Below the pieces are notes generated by a model, which worked only from the letters and a program-made list of their open reading frames with translations, did not search any database and was not told the origin of the DNA. Shown piece by piece: positions 7,089 through 15,441 of a stretch of DNA of 15,441 nt. Numbering within the stretch: the first letter of the stretch is position 1; every line of letters starts with the position of its first letter. Position numbers and translations under genes: made by a program. This DNA comes from Chlamydiia bacterium (GTDB taxonomy: Bacteria > Chlamydiota > Chlamydiia > Chlamydiales > 2-12-FULL-49-11). Location: assembly GCA_044359535.1 (NCBI GenBank), contig JBIKLZ010000029.1, forward strand, positions 1 through 15,441, given 5' to 3'.

Positions 7089-8797
7089 TCCTTTTGAAAG
7101 AAGGTGCGATCAATATAAAAGGGCTTGTAAAGCAATTTAAAGGAAATAACGATTTTACTTTAACAGTGGAGGGTGCAAACATCCCTGAGGGAAAAATTAC
7201 AGGTATTGTAGGTCCAGATGGAGCTGGAAAAACCACTTTAATACGTATTTTAGCTAACCTTTTACCCTTCAACCAAGGTTCAATTACAATCCTTGGAAAG
7301 GATCTTTCTAAAGAATACGAAAAAATTACCGATCAGATGGGCTATATGCCTCAAAAATTTGGTTTATATGAGGATTTAACCGTTATTCAAAACTTAAATC
7401 TTTATGCAGAACTTAAAGGAGTGGCTAAAAATCATAAGGAGCAAGTTTTTCAAACCCTTTTAGAGTTTACACATTTAACCCCCTTTCAAAAGCGATTTGC
7501 AAAACATCTATCGGGGGGGATGAAGCAAAAGCTGGGTCTTGCCAGTGCATTAATACAAAAGCCCTCAGTGCTTCTTCTTGATGAACCAAGTGTTGGGGTC
7601 GACCCTATTTCAAGGAGGGAACTTTGGGCTATTGTTCAAGGTCTTAGCAGGGAAAATGTCACAGTAGTGTGGAGTACAGCCTATTTAGATGAGGCTGAAA
7701 AATGTGACAACGTCTTATTACTTAATCAGGGGCAACTTCTATATCAAGGAAATCCTAAAGAGCTCACTGAAAGATTAAAAGACCGGGTCTTTATGATCCT
7801 TCCAAAAGAAAAAGATAAAAGAGAAGAGCTTTTTAATTATCAAAAAAATGAAGAGATCATCGATGCACTCATTCAAGGAAACTACATTCGTGCAGTTATA
7901 AAAAAGGATGCTCCTTCTTTAAGAGGGCTAAATATTCAAAGTGTTTCCCCCCGTTTTGAGGATGCTTTTATCGATATTTTAGGGGGAGGAATAAAAGAGG
8001 CTTCTAAGCTTGCACATAGTTCCCCTCAAAAGGCAAAAGGGGAAAATCTCCCTATTGTAGCAAAAGATCTTCTTAAAATGTTTAATGCCTTTATTGCAGT
8101 AGATAGGGTCTTTTTAGAGGTAAAACCCGGAGAGATTTTTGGCTTATTAGGTCCAAACGGAGCGGGTAAAACAACTATTTTTAAAATGCTTTGTGGCCTT
8201 TTACAACCCACTTCTGGAGAAATCTATGTCAATGGGTTAAATGTAAAAACTTCTCCTGATAAAGCCCGAATGAATATTGGCTATATGTCTCAAAAATTTT
8301 CTCTTTATGGAAACTTAAGTGTTATCCAAAATTTAGATTTTTTTGCTGGTATGTATGATTTGCACTATCAAAGAAAAAAAGAGGCAATAGAGGAGATGAT
8401 TGATATTTTTAAGTTAGAGAATTTCCTCTCTTTTAATGCAGAAACGCTCCCTTTAGGGTACAAACAACGGTTAAGTTTAGCCTGTGCTAACATGCATAGA
8501 CCCTCTATACTTTTTCTTGATGAACCCACATCAGGAGTAGACCCCCTTACAAGGCGGGAGTTTTGGAGTCATATCAATGGACTTGTGAGAAAAGGGGTCA
8601 CTGTCATGATCACTACCCATTTTATGGAAGAGGCCGAATACTGTGATAAAATTGCCTTTATTTATCAGGGAAAAATTGTTAAAACAGCCTCTACTACTGA
8701 AATAAAAAATGAGGCAATCACACATGCAATCCCTAATCCCACCCTTGAGGATGCGTTTATTCAGATGATTGAGACAATTGATGGGGGCTTAAAATAA
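7085..8797 (+). CDS. ybhF: ABC transporter ATP-binding protein with two ATPase domains, YbhF-like
   Basis: Domain 1: GPDGAGKTT, LSGGMKQK, LLLDEP. Domain 2: GPNGAGKTT, LPLGYKQR, LFLDEP, TTH. The GTG start overlaps the upstream TGA. Confidence 0.92.
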   Translation: MILLKEGAINIKGLVKQFKGNNDFTLTVEGANIPEGKITGIVGPDGAGKTTLIRILANLLPFNQGSITILGKDLSKEYEKITDQMGYMPQKFGLYEDLTVIQNLNLYAELKGVAKNHKEQVFQTLLEFTHLTPFQKRFAKHLSGGMKQKLGLASALIQKPSVLLLDEPSVGVDPISRRELWAIVQGLSRENVTVVWSTAYLDEAEKCDNVLLLNQGQLLYQGNPKELTERLKDRVFMILPKEKDKREELFNYQKNEEIIDALIQGNYIRAVIKKDAPSLRGLNIQSVSPRFEDAFIDILGGGIKEASKLAHSSPQKAKGENLPIVAKDLLKMFNAFIAVDRVFLEVKPGEIFGLLGPNGAGKTTIFKMLCGLLQPTSGEIYVNGLNVKTSPDKARMNIGYMSQKFSLYGNLSVIQNLDFFAGMYDLHYQRKKEAIEEMIDIFKLENFLSFNAETLPLGYKQRLSLACANMHRPSILFLDEPTSGVDPLTRREFWSHINGLVRKGVTVMITTHFMEEAEYCDKIAFIYQGKIVKTASTTEIKNEAITHAIPNPTLEDAFIQMIETIDGGLK

Positions 8798-9922
8798 ATG
8801 ATATGTCTACGAAGGATTAAAGCCCTTCTTTTAAAAGAGGGGATGCAAATTATAAGGGATCCAAGTACTCTTTTAATCACTGTTTTTCTCCCCCTCTTAT
8901 TGATCTTCATCTATGGATCAGGGGTCTCTTTGGATATTAAACATCTAAAAATCGCCCTTGTTTTAGAAGATCGATCCAAAGAAGCTTTTGACTTTTCTTC
9001 AACCTTGACACACTCTCCCTATTTTGAAGTGACTACAACAAATCATCGACACTTTCTTGATGAAAAGCTGATGGAGGGTTCAATAAGTGGTCTGATTGTG
9101 ATCCCTAGCTATTTTACAAAGTATCTCCATAGAGAGGGGAAAATTGCCCCCATCCAACTTATTGCCGATGGTTCAGAGACAAACACGGCAAATTTTGTGA
9201 TTAACTACGTCAATGGGGCCTATACAAATTTTCTTACCCAAGAAGTACTTGCAAAAAGCTCCCTTGTAGAAAAGCCTATCATCAATGTTAAGTCCCGTTT
9301 TTGGTATAATGAAGAACTTGAAAGCAGATATTACATCCTTTCTGGATCTCTTGCGATCACAATGACTTTAATTGGAGCCATGCTTACTGCATTAGTTGTT
9401 GCAAGAGAATGGGAAAGAGGGACGATGGAGTCGTTACTTTCTACGCCGGTAAGAAGTCTTGAACTTGTCTTAGGAAAAGTGTTTCCCTATTTTGCCCTAG
9501 GGATGATTTCAATGGCTATTTGTGTCGCCTTTACAGTTGTTGGATACAAAGTCCCCTTTAGGGGCTCGTATTTACTTTTAACCCTTGTTTCAGCAGTCTT
9601 TTTATACTGCTCTTTAGGGCTTGGTTTGATGATCTCAACAATTGCAAAAAGTCAAGTTCTTGCTTATCAAATCACTTTAATTGTCGCTTTCCTTCCCGCC
9701 TATATGCTCTCGGGTTTTTTATTTGAAATCTTAAGTATGCCTACATGGATACAAATGATGACAACCTTTATTCCTGCAAAATATTTTGTCCAAAGCCTTC
9801 AAACACTATTTCTTGTCGGAAATGTCTGGAGCCTTATTTTTTTCGATATTCTTGTCATTGGTTCTATTGGTTCCATTTTTTTTATCATCACCGCCTATAA
9901 AACAGAGAGGAAAATCTCTTGA
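8798..9922 (+). CDS. ybhS: ABC-2 type transporter permease, YbhS-like
   Basis: KEGMQIIRDPS, RFWYNEELES and VVAREWERGTMESLLSTP motifs. Multiple TM segments. Starts immediately after the ybhF stop. Confidence 0.9.
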   Translation: MICLRRIKALLLKEGMQIIRDPSTLLITVFLPLLLIFIYGSGVSLDIKHLKIALVLEDRSKEAFDFSSTLTHSPYFEVTTTNHRHFLDEKLMEGSISGLIVIPSYFTKYLHREGKIAPIQLIADGSETNTANFVINYVNGAYTNFLTQEVLAKSSLVEKPIINVKSRFWYNEELESRYYILSGSLAITMTLIGAMLTALVVAREWERGTMESLLSTPVRSLELVLGKVFPYFALGMISMAICVAFTVVGYKVPFRGSYLLLTLVSAVFLYCSLGLGLMISTIAKSQVLAYQITLIVAFLPAYMLSGFLFEILSMPTWIQMMTTFIPAKYFVQSLQTLFLVGNVWSLIFFDILVIGSIGSIFFIITAYKTERKIS

Positions 9923-11028
9923 ATCGGATTTTTTCCCTTATAAAAAAGGAACTTTTAACAGCTTTTAAAGATAAAAAGATCCGCCTTTCCCTCCTTGTTC
10001 CCCCAATCATCCAATTTTTTGTCTTTACTTATGCAGCCACTTTGGATGTAAAAAATGTCCCCATTGGAATTTTAAACAAGGATAACGGGAAAAAAGGGGT
10101 TGAGTTAATCGAGCGCTTTTTGGGAGCAAAAACCTTTAATAAACATATGTACTTTTTACAAAATGAAAAAGAAATTGCCCCATTTATTGATAAACAAAAA
10201 GGGATTATGGTTTTATCGATAAATGAACATTTTTCAAGAGATCTAGAAGGGGGAAAGGTCACTGAACTACAACTTATTTTTGACGGGAGAAAAAGTAATA
10301 CCGCTCAAATTGTTGCTGGATATGCAACAGAAATTATCCACACCTTTAATATGGAAAAAATAAACCCATCAGGTGGAGGTCTTGTCAATACGGCAATTAT
10401 TCCAAGAGTATGGTTTAATCCAAATTTACACTATTATTGGTATAACATTCCCTGCTTAGTGGTGATCTTAGCCATGGTTCTATGTCTTGTGATCACAACA
10501 CAATCAATAGCTAGAGAAAGAGAAATGGGGACATTTGATCAACTCCTTGTCTCCCCACTTCTCCCTTTTGAAATACTTATTGGAAAAATAGTTCCAGGAA
10601 TTATTGTGGGGCTCTTAGAAGGGCTTTTGATGCTTTTAATAGGGACATTTCTTCTACAAGTCCCTTTCACAGGCTCTTTCATCCTTTACACAATAAGTCT
10701 TTTTGTTTTTGTAAGTTCTATAAGTGGGGTAGGGCTTTTTATTTCCTCATTGTCAGCAACTCAACAACAAGCGATGTTTGGGACATTTTTCTTTATGCTC
10801 CCTTCAGTGTTACTTTCTGGATTTGCAACCCCCATTGAAAATATGCCTTCCTATTTTCAAATAATCACATATGCCATTCCATTAAAATATATGCTTGTCA
10901 TTTCTAAGGGCCTTTTTTTAAAAGCCATGTCAGCAAAAATGGTTTTTAGTCAACTTTGGCCCCTGATGGTCATTTGTGTAGTCAATGTGAGTGGGGCAAC
11001 TCTTTTTTTTAGAAAGCGAATTCAATAA
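9919..11028 (+). CDS. ybhR: ABC-2 type transporter permease, YbhR-like
   Basis: LIKKEL, DGRKSNTAQI, WFNPNL, SIAREREMGTFDQLLVSPL and LLSGFATPIENMP motifs. The TTG start overlaps the upstream TGA. Confidence 0.9.
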   Translation: MNRIFSLIKKELLTAFKDKKIRLSLLVPPIIQFFVFTYAATLDVKNVPIGILNKDNGKKGVELIERFLGAKTFNKHMYFLQNEKEIAPFIDKQKGIMVLSINEHFSRDLEGGKVTELQLIFDGRKSNTAQIVAGYATEIIHTFNMEKINPSGGGLVNTAIIPRVWFNPNLHYYWYNIPCLVVILAMVLCLVITTQSIAREREMGTFDQLLVSPLLPFEILIGKIVPGIIVGLLEGLLMLLIGTFLLQVPFTGSFILYTISLFVFVSSISGVGLFISSLSATQQQAMFGTFFFMLPSVLLSGFATPIENMPSYFQIITYAIPLKYMLVISKGLFLKAMSAKMVFSQLWPLMVICVVNVSGATLFFRKRIQ

Positions 11029-11113
11029 AATAAATATTTTATAATTAAATTGTTTCTTCTTAATTTTATTTTTTGTATAATAATGTTCAATTATAAATAA
11101 TAAAGGAGTATTT

Positions 11114-11569
11114 ATGAGTGTTGATTCTATCTGAGGTAAAAGCTTTGAAGCATTAGATAACGATTATAAAGAGATGTTATCCACTGGAGATCAAAAAATG
11201 CGCGCGCTAAATGCGATAATAGATGTAGCACAAAAAGTTTTAGAGTTTATAAAAAGCAATAACCGTCCTGAAACATATGAAATCAGGACAAAGCATCGTC
11301 ATGCAATCCTCTCATTTATGAACAAAAAAAGAGCCATCTATAAGGATGTTGTTGATCATATTACATCTATCGAAACGTGGCAGAAAAAGGTAGAGGAAGT
11401 TTTTCTAGGAACCATTGGATTCAATTGTTTATCCCTTTCAATACCGATAGCAAGAGAACTTTTAGATCAAGAAAGGTGGTTATATAAGCAGATAAAACAC
11501 TTAAATTTGCAAATAGAGCCCGATGCTAATGATGGAGCTTCTGAACTCGTTAGTTTTTTTATGGTGTGA
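11114..11569 (+). pseudogene. Hypothetical gene with an in-frame TGA at codon 7 (residual ORF 11174..11569)
   Basis: TATAAT at 11076-11081, SD AAGGAG at 11103-11108, ATG at 11114. Reads MSVDSI*GKSFEALDNDYKE then continues in frame into MLSTGDQK...; the TGA is at 11132-11134. Confidence 0.65.
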
Positions 11570-11590
11570 TCCGATGTAGCTGCCCCTTTA

Positions 11591-11635
11591 TTGACTAAAT
11601 TTCATGTTGCTTTCTAGTTTCTTTTCTGTTACTTT
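11591..11635 (+). promoter_or_regulatory. Candidate promoter(s) of the V-type ATPase operon
   Basis: TTGCTT (11607-12), 17-bp spacer, TGt-TACTTT (-10 at 11630-35). Alternative: TTGACT (11591-96), 18-bp spacer, TAGTTT. Confidence 0.4.
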
Positions 11636-11684
11636 GTACATTCTCTTAGAGTGACTCAATAATAAAAGATAAAGGACAATAGTT

Positions 11685-12293
11685 ATGGCATTAGATGAGG
11701 CAGCAGATAAAGTTAAGGAAATAAGCAACATCCTTTATAAGGAAACTGTTTTACCCGCTAAAGAAGAGGGGAAAAAGATCATAAAAGAGGCTCAGATCCT
11801 TGCTGAGCAAATCATCAATAAAGCAAAGGAGGAAGCCGATCATATTGTTAAAGAAGGCTTATCCCACATCCATGAGGAAAGAAAAGTTCATGATGCGTCT
11901 TTAACTTTAGCGGTAAAGCAAGCCCTTGCAACGGTAAAAAACAGTGTGATGCATCTTTTTCAAGAGGATTTATTAACACGTTTACAAATCACTTTAAACG
12001 AGCAAAAGAATCTAGAAGATCTCCTTAAGACCTTGATGGATGGGATAAAAAAAGAGGGTATCTCTTCAGATTTAAAGCTATTTGTTGCAAAAGGGGTTGA
12101 TTTTGATAGTTTAAGTAAAAGTGTGATTGCTTCTGTAGAAAAAAGATTAGAAAAAGGAGAGGTGGAGCTTTCTTCTGGAATAGCCCTTTTAATTAAGGAT
12201 AAAAATTTCACCCTTAAAATCACTGATAAAACATGTATGGATCTACTTGCCGATAAACTCCCTCCAATTTTAAGAGCTAAGGTCTTTGTGTAA
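11685..12293 (+). CDS. ntpE: V/A-type ATP synthase subunit E
   Basis: 202 aa with an N-terminal coiled coil (ETVLPAKEEGKKIIKEA...AEQIINKAKEEADHI). AAAGGA SD. First gene before DUF2764 and subunits A and B. Confidence 0.85.
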   Translation: MALDEAADKVKEISNILYKETVLPAKEEGKKIIKEAQILAEQIINKAKEEADHIVKEGLSHIHEERKVHDASLTLAVKQALATVKNSVMHLFQEDLLTRLQITLNEQKNLEDLLKTLMDGIKKEGISSDLKLFVAKGVDFDSLSKSVIASVEKRLEKGEVELSSGIALLIKDKNFTLKITDKTCMDLLADKLPPILRAKVFV

Positions 12294-12296
12294 TTT

Positions 12297-13076
12297 ATGA
12301 GTCTATTGTTTGCCTACTCTAGTTTGCCCCCTTTAGATTTTTCAGGTTCATCGACCCTTTCAATTAAAACCTTCTATGAGCTTGTAGAAGCGACCCTAAC
12401 AGAAAAGGGTAAAGAGGCTCTATCCTCTTTAAAAAGAATCATCGATATAAAAAACATATTTTCTTTACAAACCGGTGTTTTATTTGATCCAAAAGGGAAT
12501 CTTTTAGAACAACAACTCCGCCTTTCTATAGCCGAGCTTGAAGATCTCCCTCCTTATATTTTAGACTTTTTAGAAGAAAACAAAGAGCCTAAGGCACTTT
12601 TAGAAAACATACCTAAACTCTATACCCTTTTTTATAAAGAAGAAATCTCTAAAGGGGGGGTTATAAAAAAATTCTTAGCTTTTGAAAGAGATATTCAACT
12701 CCTTCTTTTTGGGTGTGCGGGAAAACAATTAGGGGTCGATCTTGAAAAGTTTTTGAACTATGAGGATCTAACTGATCCCATAGTGGCTCATCTGTTTCTC
12801 CAAAAGAAAAGTTCATCCCCGTTTATTTTTCCTTATGAATATAAAGCTTTGGAAGAAAAGTTATTAAAAAGTGGCGCTAATCCAATGAAACAGTATTTAA
12901 GTGTGGCTACGTACCGTTTTGATTTTTATAAAGGGCTATTTGAGGAAAATATGTGCACTTTTGAGGGGATTTGTGCCTATATGATGTGTTTATGGATTCT
13001 AGAAGAAAAGAAAATGCTCGATGAAAAGCAGGGTCGAAAGGTCTTAATCGAATTAGTGGAGGGTGAAAATGAGTAA
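12297..13076 (+). CDS. DUF2764-family protein (putative V-type ATPase subunit C equivalent)
   Basis: N-terminal SSLPPL, FLAFERDI and C-terminal LDEKQGRKVL. Sits between subunits E and A, as in chlamydial, spirochaete and Bacteroidota operons. Confidence 0.8.
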   Translation: MSLLFAYSSLPPLDFSGSSTLSIKTFYELVEATLTEKGKEALSSLKRIIDIKNIFSLQTGVLFDPKGNLLEQQLRLSIAELEDLPPYILDFLEENKEPKALLENIPKLYTLFYKEEISKGGVIKKFLAFERDIQLLLFGCAGKQLGVDLEKFLNYEDLTDPIVAHLFLQKKSSSPFIFPYEYKALEEKLLKSGANPMKQYLSVATYRFDFYKGLFEENMCTFEGICAYMMCLWILEEKKMLDEKQGRKVLIELVEGENE

Positions 13077-14838
13077 AACAACTGGCAAGGTGATTTTTGT
13101 CCTTGGAAATTTAATAAAAGTAGAATTTGATCACGAACTTACTCAAGGGGAAATAGGCTATGTTCAGGTGGGTGAAGCTTCTTTAAAAGCTGAGGTGATC
13201 GCAATTAGTGGCAAAGAGGCAAAGTTACAGGTCTTTGAAGACACTCGAGGGATTAAATATCACCAAAAGGTTGTCTTTACAAAGGAACTGTTAGAAATCG
13301 AACTAGGGCCTGGGTTGTTGGGACAGATTTTTGATGGGTTGCAAAATCCATTAGAAAAAATTGCCGATGTGTCAGGACTGTATTTAGAAAGAGGGGTCTA
13401 TATTGAGGCTCTTGATCGGGTTAAACGTTGGCCGTTTACCCCAAAAGCCATTATTGGGGAAGTTGTTTCTAGAGGAAGTATTTTAGGGACAGTTCCAGAA
13501 TCCCATTTTACCCATCAGATTTTTTTACCGTTTTCTCTTTATGGCAACTATAAAGTAGAGTGGGTGGCACCAAATGGCAATTACTCGGTCGATGCTGAAA
13601 TTGCAAGGGTTAAAGATGAGGATGGGGCTATACATTCCATTTCAATGATTCAAAAATGGCCGGTAAAATTTCCTTTAATTGAGGGTAAAAAGCTTGTGCC
13701 AAGGGAGATGATTTGTACAGGACAGAGGGTGATTGATACAATGACCCCTTTAATGAAAGGGGGAACAGCCTGTTCACCTGGACCATTTGGGGCTGGAAAA
13801 ACCGTGTTACAACAAGGGATATCAAAATATTCAAACGTCGATATTGTCATATTAGCAGCCTGTGGAGAAAGGGCTGGAGAGGTTGTTGAAACCTTAAAAA
13901 CCTTTCCAAAGCTCAATGACGTTCATACAGGGATGCCTTTGATGGATCGAACCTGTATTATTTGTAACACTTCCTCAATGCCTGTAGCTGCTCGTGAAGC
14001 CTCTGTATATGTTGGAATGACAATAGCTGAGTATTATCGTCAAATGGGCCTTGATGTGCTCCTTCTTGCGGATTCAACCTCAAGGTGGGCTCAAGCCATG
14101 CGTGAAATGTCAGGTCGTCTTGAGGAAATTCCTGGAGAGGAGGCTTTTCCCGCTTACCTTGCTTCTAGAATTGCTTCCTTTTATGAAAGGGCGGGGGTTT
14201 TACAAACAAAAGAAAGTGGGCAAGGATCAGTTTCTGTTTTAGGAGCTGTCTCTCCTGCAGGGGGAAATATCAATAGTGATCCTGTATCGCAAGAGACCTT
14301 AAAGTTTGTGGGAGTTTTTTTATGTTTATCAAGAGAACTATCCGATGCACGAAAGTATCCAGCGATTGACTCCATTCAATCTTGGTCAAAATACTCTGAG
14401 AGGGTAAGTCAAACGATGAAAAAGCATTTTCCTCTTTGGGGAACGTGGGTTGTTAAAGCTCGAAACATCATGATTGCTGGCGATGAAATTGGAAGACGAA
14501 TGGAGGTTGTGGGGAAAGAAGGGACAAGTATGGAGGATTATTTAGTCTATCTTAAGGCAGAGCTTTTTTCTTTTGCCTATTTGCAACAAAACGCCTTTGA
14601 TAAAGAGGATGTTTATTGCGGATTAGATCAACAGCAACAGCAATTTCGTTTAGTGAATGAAATTTTTGATCAAGAATTTGATTTTTCCTCAAAAGATCAA
14701 GCAAAAGAGTATTTCTTACAGTTGCAAAATCAGCTGAGAAACCTTAATTTCCTCCCTTTTAATACAGAAAAATATCACAGTCTCATGACAGAGATTAGGG
14801 AAAGACTAGAAAGAATTGAAGAAAAGGTGGGGGGGTAA
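13069..14838 (+). CDS. ntpA: V/A-type ATP synthase subunit A (catalytic)
   Basis: Walker A GPFGAGKT, ACGERAGE, NTSSMPVAAREAS, ADSTSRWAQAMRE, PGEEAFPAYL. ATG at 13069 is preferred over GTG at 13063 because of the GGAGGG SD at 13058-13063. Confidence 0.96.
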   Translation: MSKTTGKVIFVLGNLIKVEFDHELTQGEIGYVQVGEASLKAEVIAISGKEAKLQVFEDTRGIKYHQKVVFTKELLEIELGPGLLGQIFDGLQNPLEKIADVSGLYLERGVYIEALDRVKRWPFTPKAIIGEVVSRGSILGTVPESHFTHQIFLPFSLYGNYKVEWVAPNGNYSVDAEIARVKDEDGAIHSISMIQKWPVKFPLIEGKKLVPREMICTGQRVIDTMTPLMKGGTACSPGPFGAGKTVLQQGISKYSNVDIVILAACGERAGEVVETLKTFPKLNDVHTGMPLMDRTCIICNTSSMPVAAREASVYVGMTIAEYYRQMGLDVLLLADSTSRWAQAMREMSGRLEEIPGEEAFPAYLASRIASFYERAGVLQTKESGQGSVSVLGAVSPAGGNINSDPVSQETLKFVGVFLCLSRELSDARKYPAIDSIQSWSKYSERVSQTMKKHFPLWGTWVVKARNIMIAGDEIGRRMEVVGKEGTSMEDYLVYLKAELFSFAYLQQNAFDKEDVYCGLDQQQQQFRLVNEIFDQEFDFSSKDQAKEYFLQLQNQLRNLNFLPFNTEKYHSLMTEIRERLERIEEKVGG

Positions 14839-14842
14839 AGGT

Positions 14843-15441
14843 ATGCAAACTGTATATGAAGAGATCTTAGAGATTAGTAATAGTATTTTTATCGTTGAAG
14901 CGGAAAATGTTGAAATTGGTGAAATGGTCTGTGTCGATAAAAAGGATAGGACAAAATTGTATGGACAGGTCATCAGCTTTGATGGAAAAAAGGTTGCTAT
15001 TCAAGCAATGGGGGATACAAGGGGGCTTTGTACAGGGGACAAAACTGTTTTTCTAAAAAGAAAAATGAGGGTTGTTGTTGGAGATGCTCTCCTTGGAAGG
15101 GTTCTTGGAGCAAGTGGAAATCCTCTAGATGACGGACCTATGCTAGATGGATTAGAGATTGAAATTGGGACCCCTACTGCAAATCCAGTACGAAGAATTA
15201 TTCCCCATAGAATGATTCAAACCTATATTCCAATGATTGATTTATTCAACACCCTTGTTGAATCTCAAAAACTCCCGATCTTTACTGTTCCAGGAGAGCC
15301 TTATAATGAATTGTTAATGCGTATTGCGAACCATACCGATGCCGATGTGGTTATTATTGGCATTATGGGTGCACGATTAGATGATATGCATGCATTTATT
15401 GAAAACACCAAAAACACAGGGGCGTTAAATAAGACCGTTAT
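14843..15441 (+). CDS. ntpB: V/A-type ATP synthase subunit B (partial, runs off the right edge)
   Basis: Not in the ORF track. Manual translation gives MQTVYEEILEISNSIFIVEAENVEIGE...LLGRVL...NPVRRIIPHRMIQTYIPMIDLFNTLVESQKLPIF...YNELLMRIANHTDADVVIIGIMG, open to the window end. Confidence 0.95.
   Translation, partial: MQTVYEEILEISNSIFIVEAENVEIGEMVCVDKKDRTKLYGQVISFDGKKVAIQAMGDTRGLCTGDKTVFLKRKMRVVVGDALLGRVLGASGNPLDDGPMLDGLEIEIGTPTANPVRRIIPHRMIQTYIPMIDLFNTLVESQKLPIFTVPGEPYNELLMRIANHTDADVVIIGIMGARLDDMHAFIENTKNTGALNKTV

Noticed and set aside
8445-8475. Degenerate ABC signature LPLGYKQR as a sign of inactivation
   Set aside because: This is the normal form of the second domain in YbhF-type proteins.
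7039-14375. Short alternative-frame or antisense ORFs inside the ybh and ntp genes
   Set aside because: Fully overlap conserved genes and are expected by chance.
14829-14835. G7 run at the end of ntpA as a phase-variation tract
   Set aside because: It lies in the last codons of a housekeeping gene, the frame is intact, and it may simply serve as the SD region of ntpB.
1-15441. CRISPR array, rRNA or tandem repeat array
   Set aside because: No regularly spaced repeats or rRNA-like sequence were seen in any intergenic region.

Overview
AT-rich bacterial window, most likely from a Chlamydiota genome. This is inferred from the V/A-type ATPase order E - DUF2764 - A - B and a subunit B sequence that closely follows the chlamydial type. 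The left ~6.2 kb is an accessory region. It starts with the 3' part of a large gene entering from the left edge that fuses a DUF4379-type zinc ribbon, a SNF2-like SF2 ATPase and a eukaryote-like Rrp8/nucleomethylin methyltransferase domain. Next come a 2-TM orphan, a degenerate 3' half of tRNA-Phe that looks like an integration (att) scar, a perfect 24-bp palindrome and a convergent gene with dispersed PIN-like motifs. The region ends with a frameshifted pseudogene and a doubly deleted IS30 remnant. The right ~9.2 kb is ordinary: a ybhGFSR-type ABC exporter operon, an orphan with a premature stop codon, and the start of the V-type ATPase operon. All family calls come from motif recognition by eye; no searches were run.
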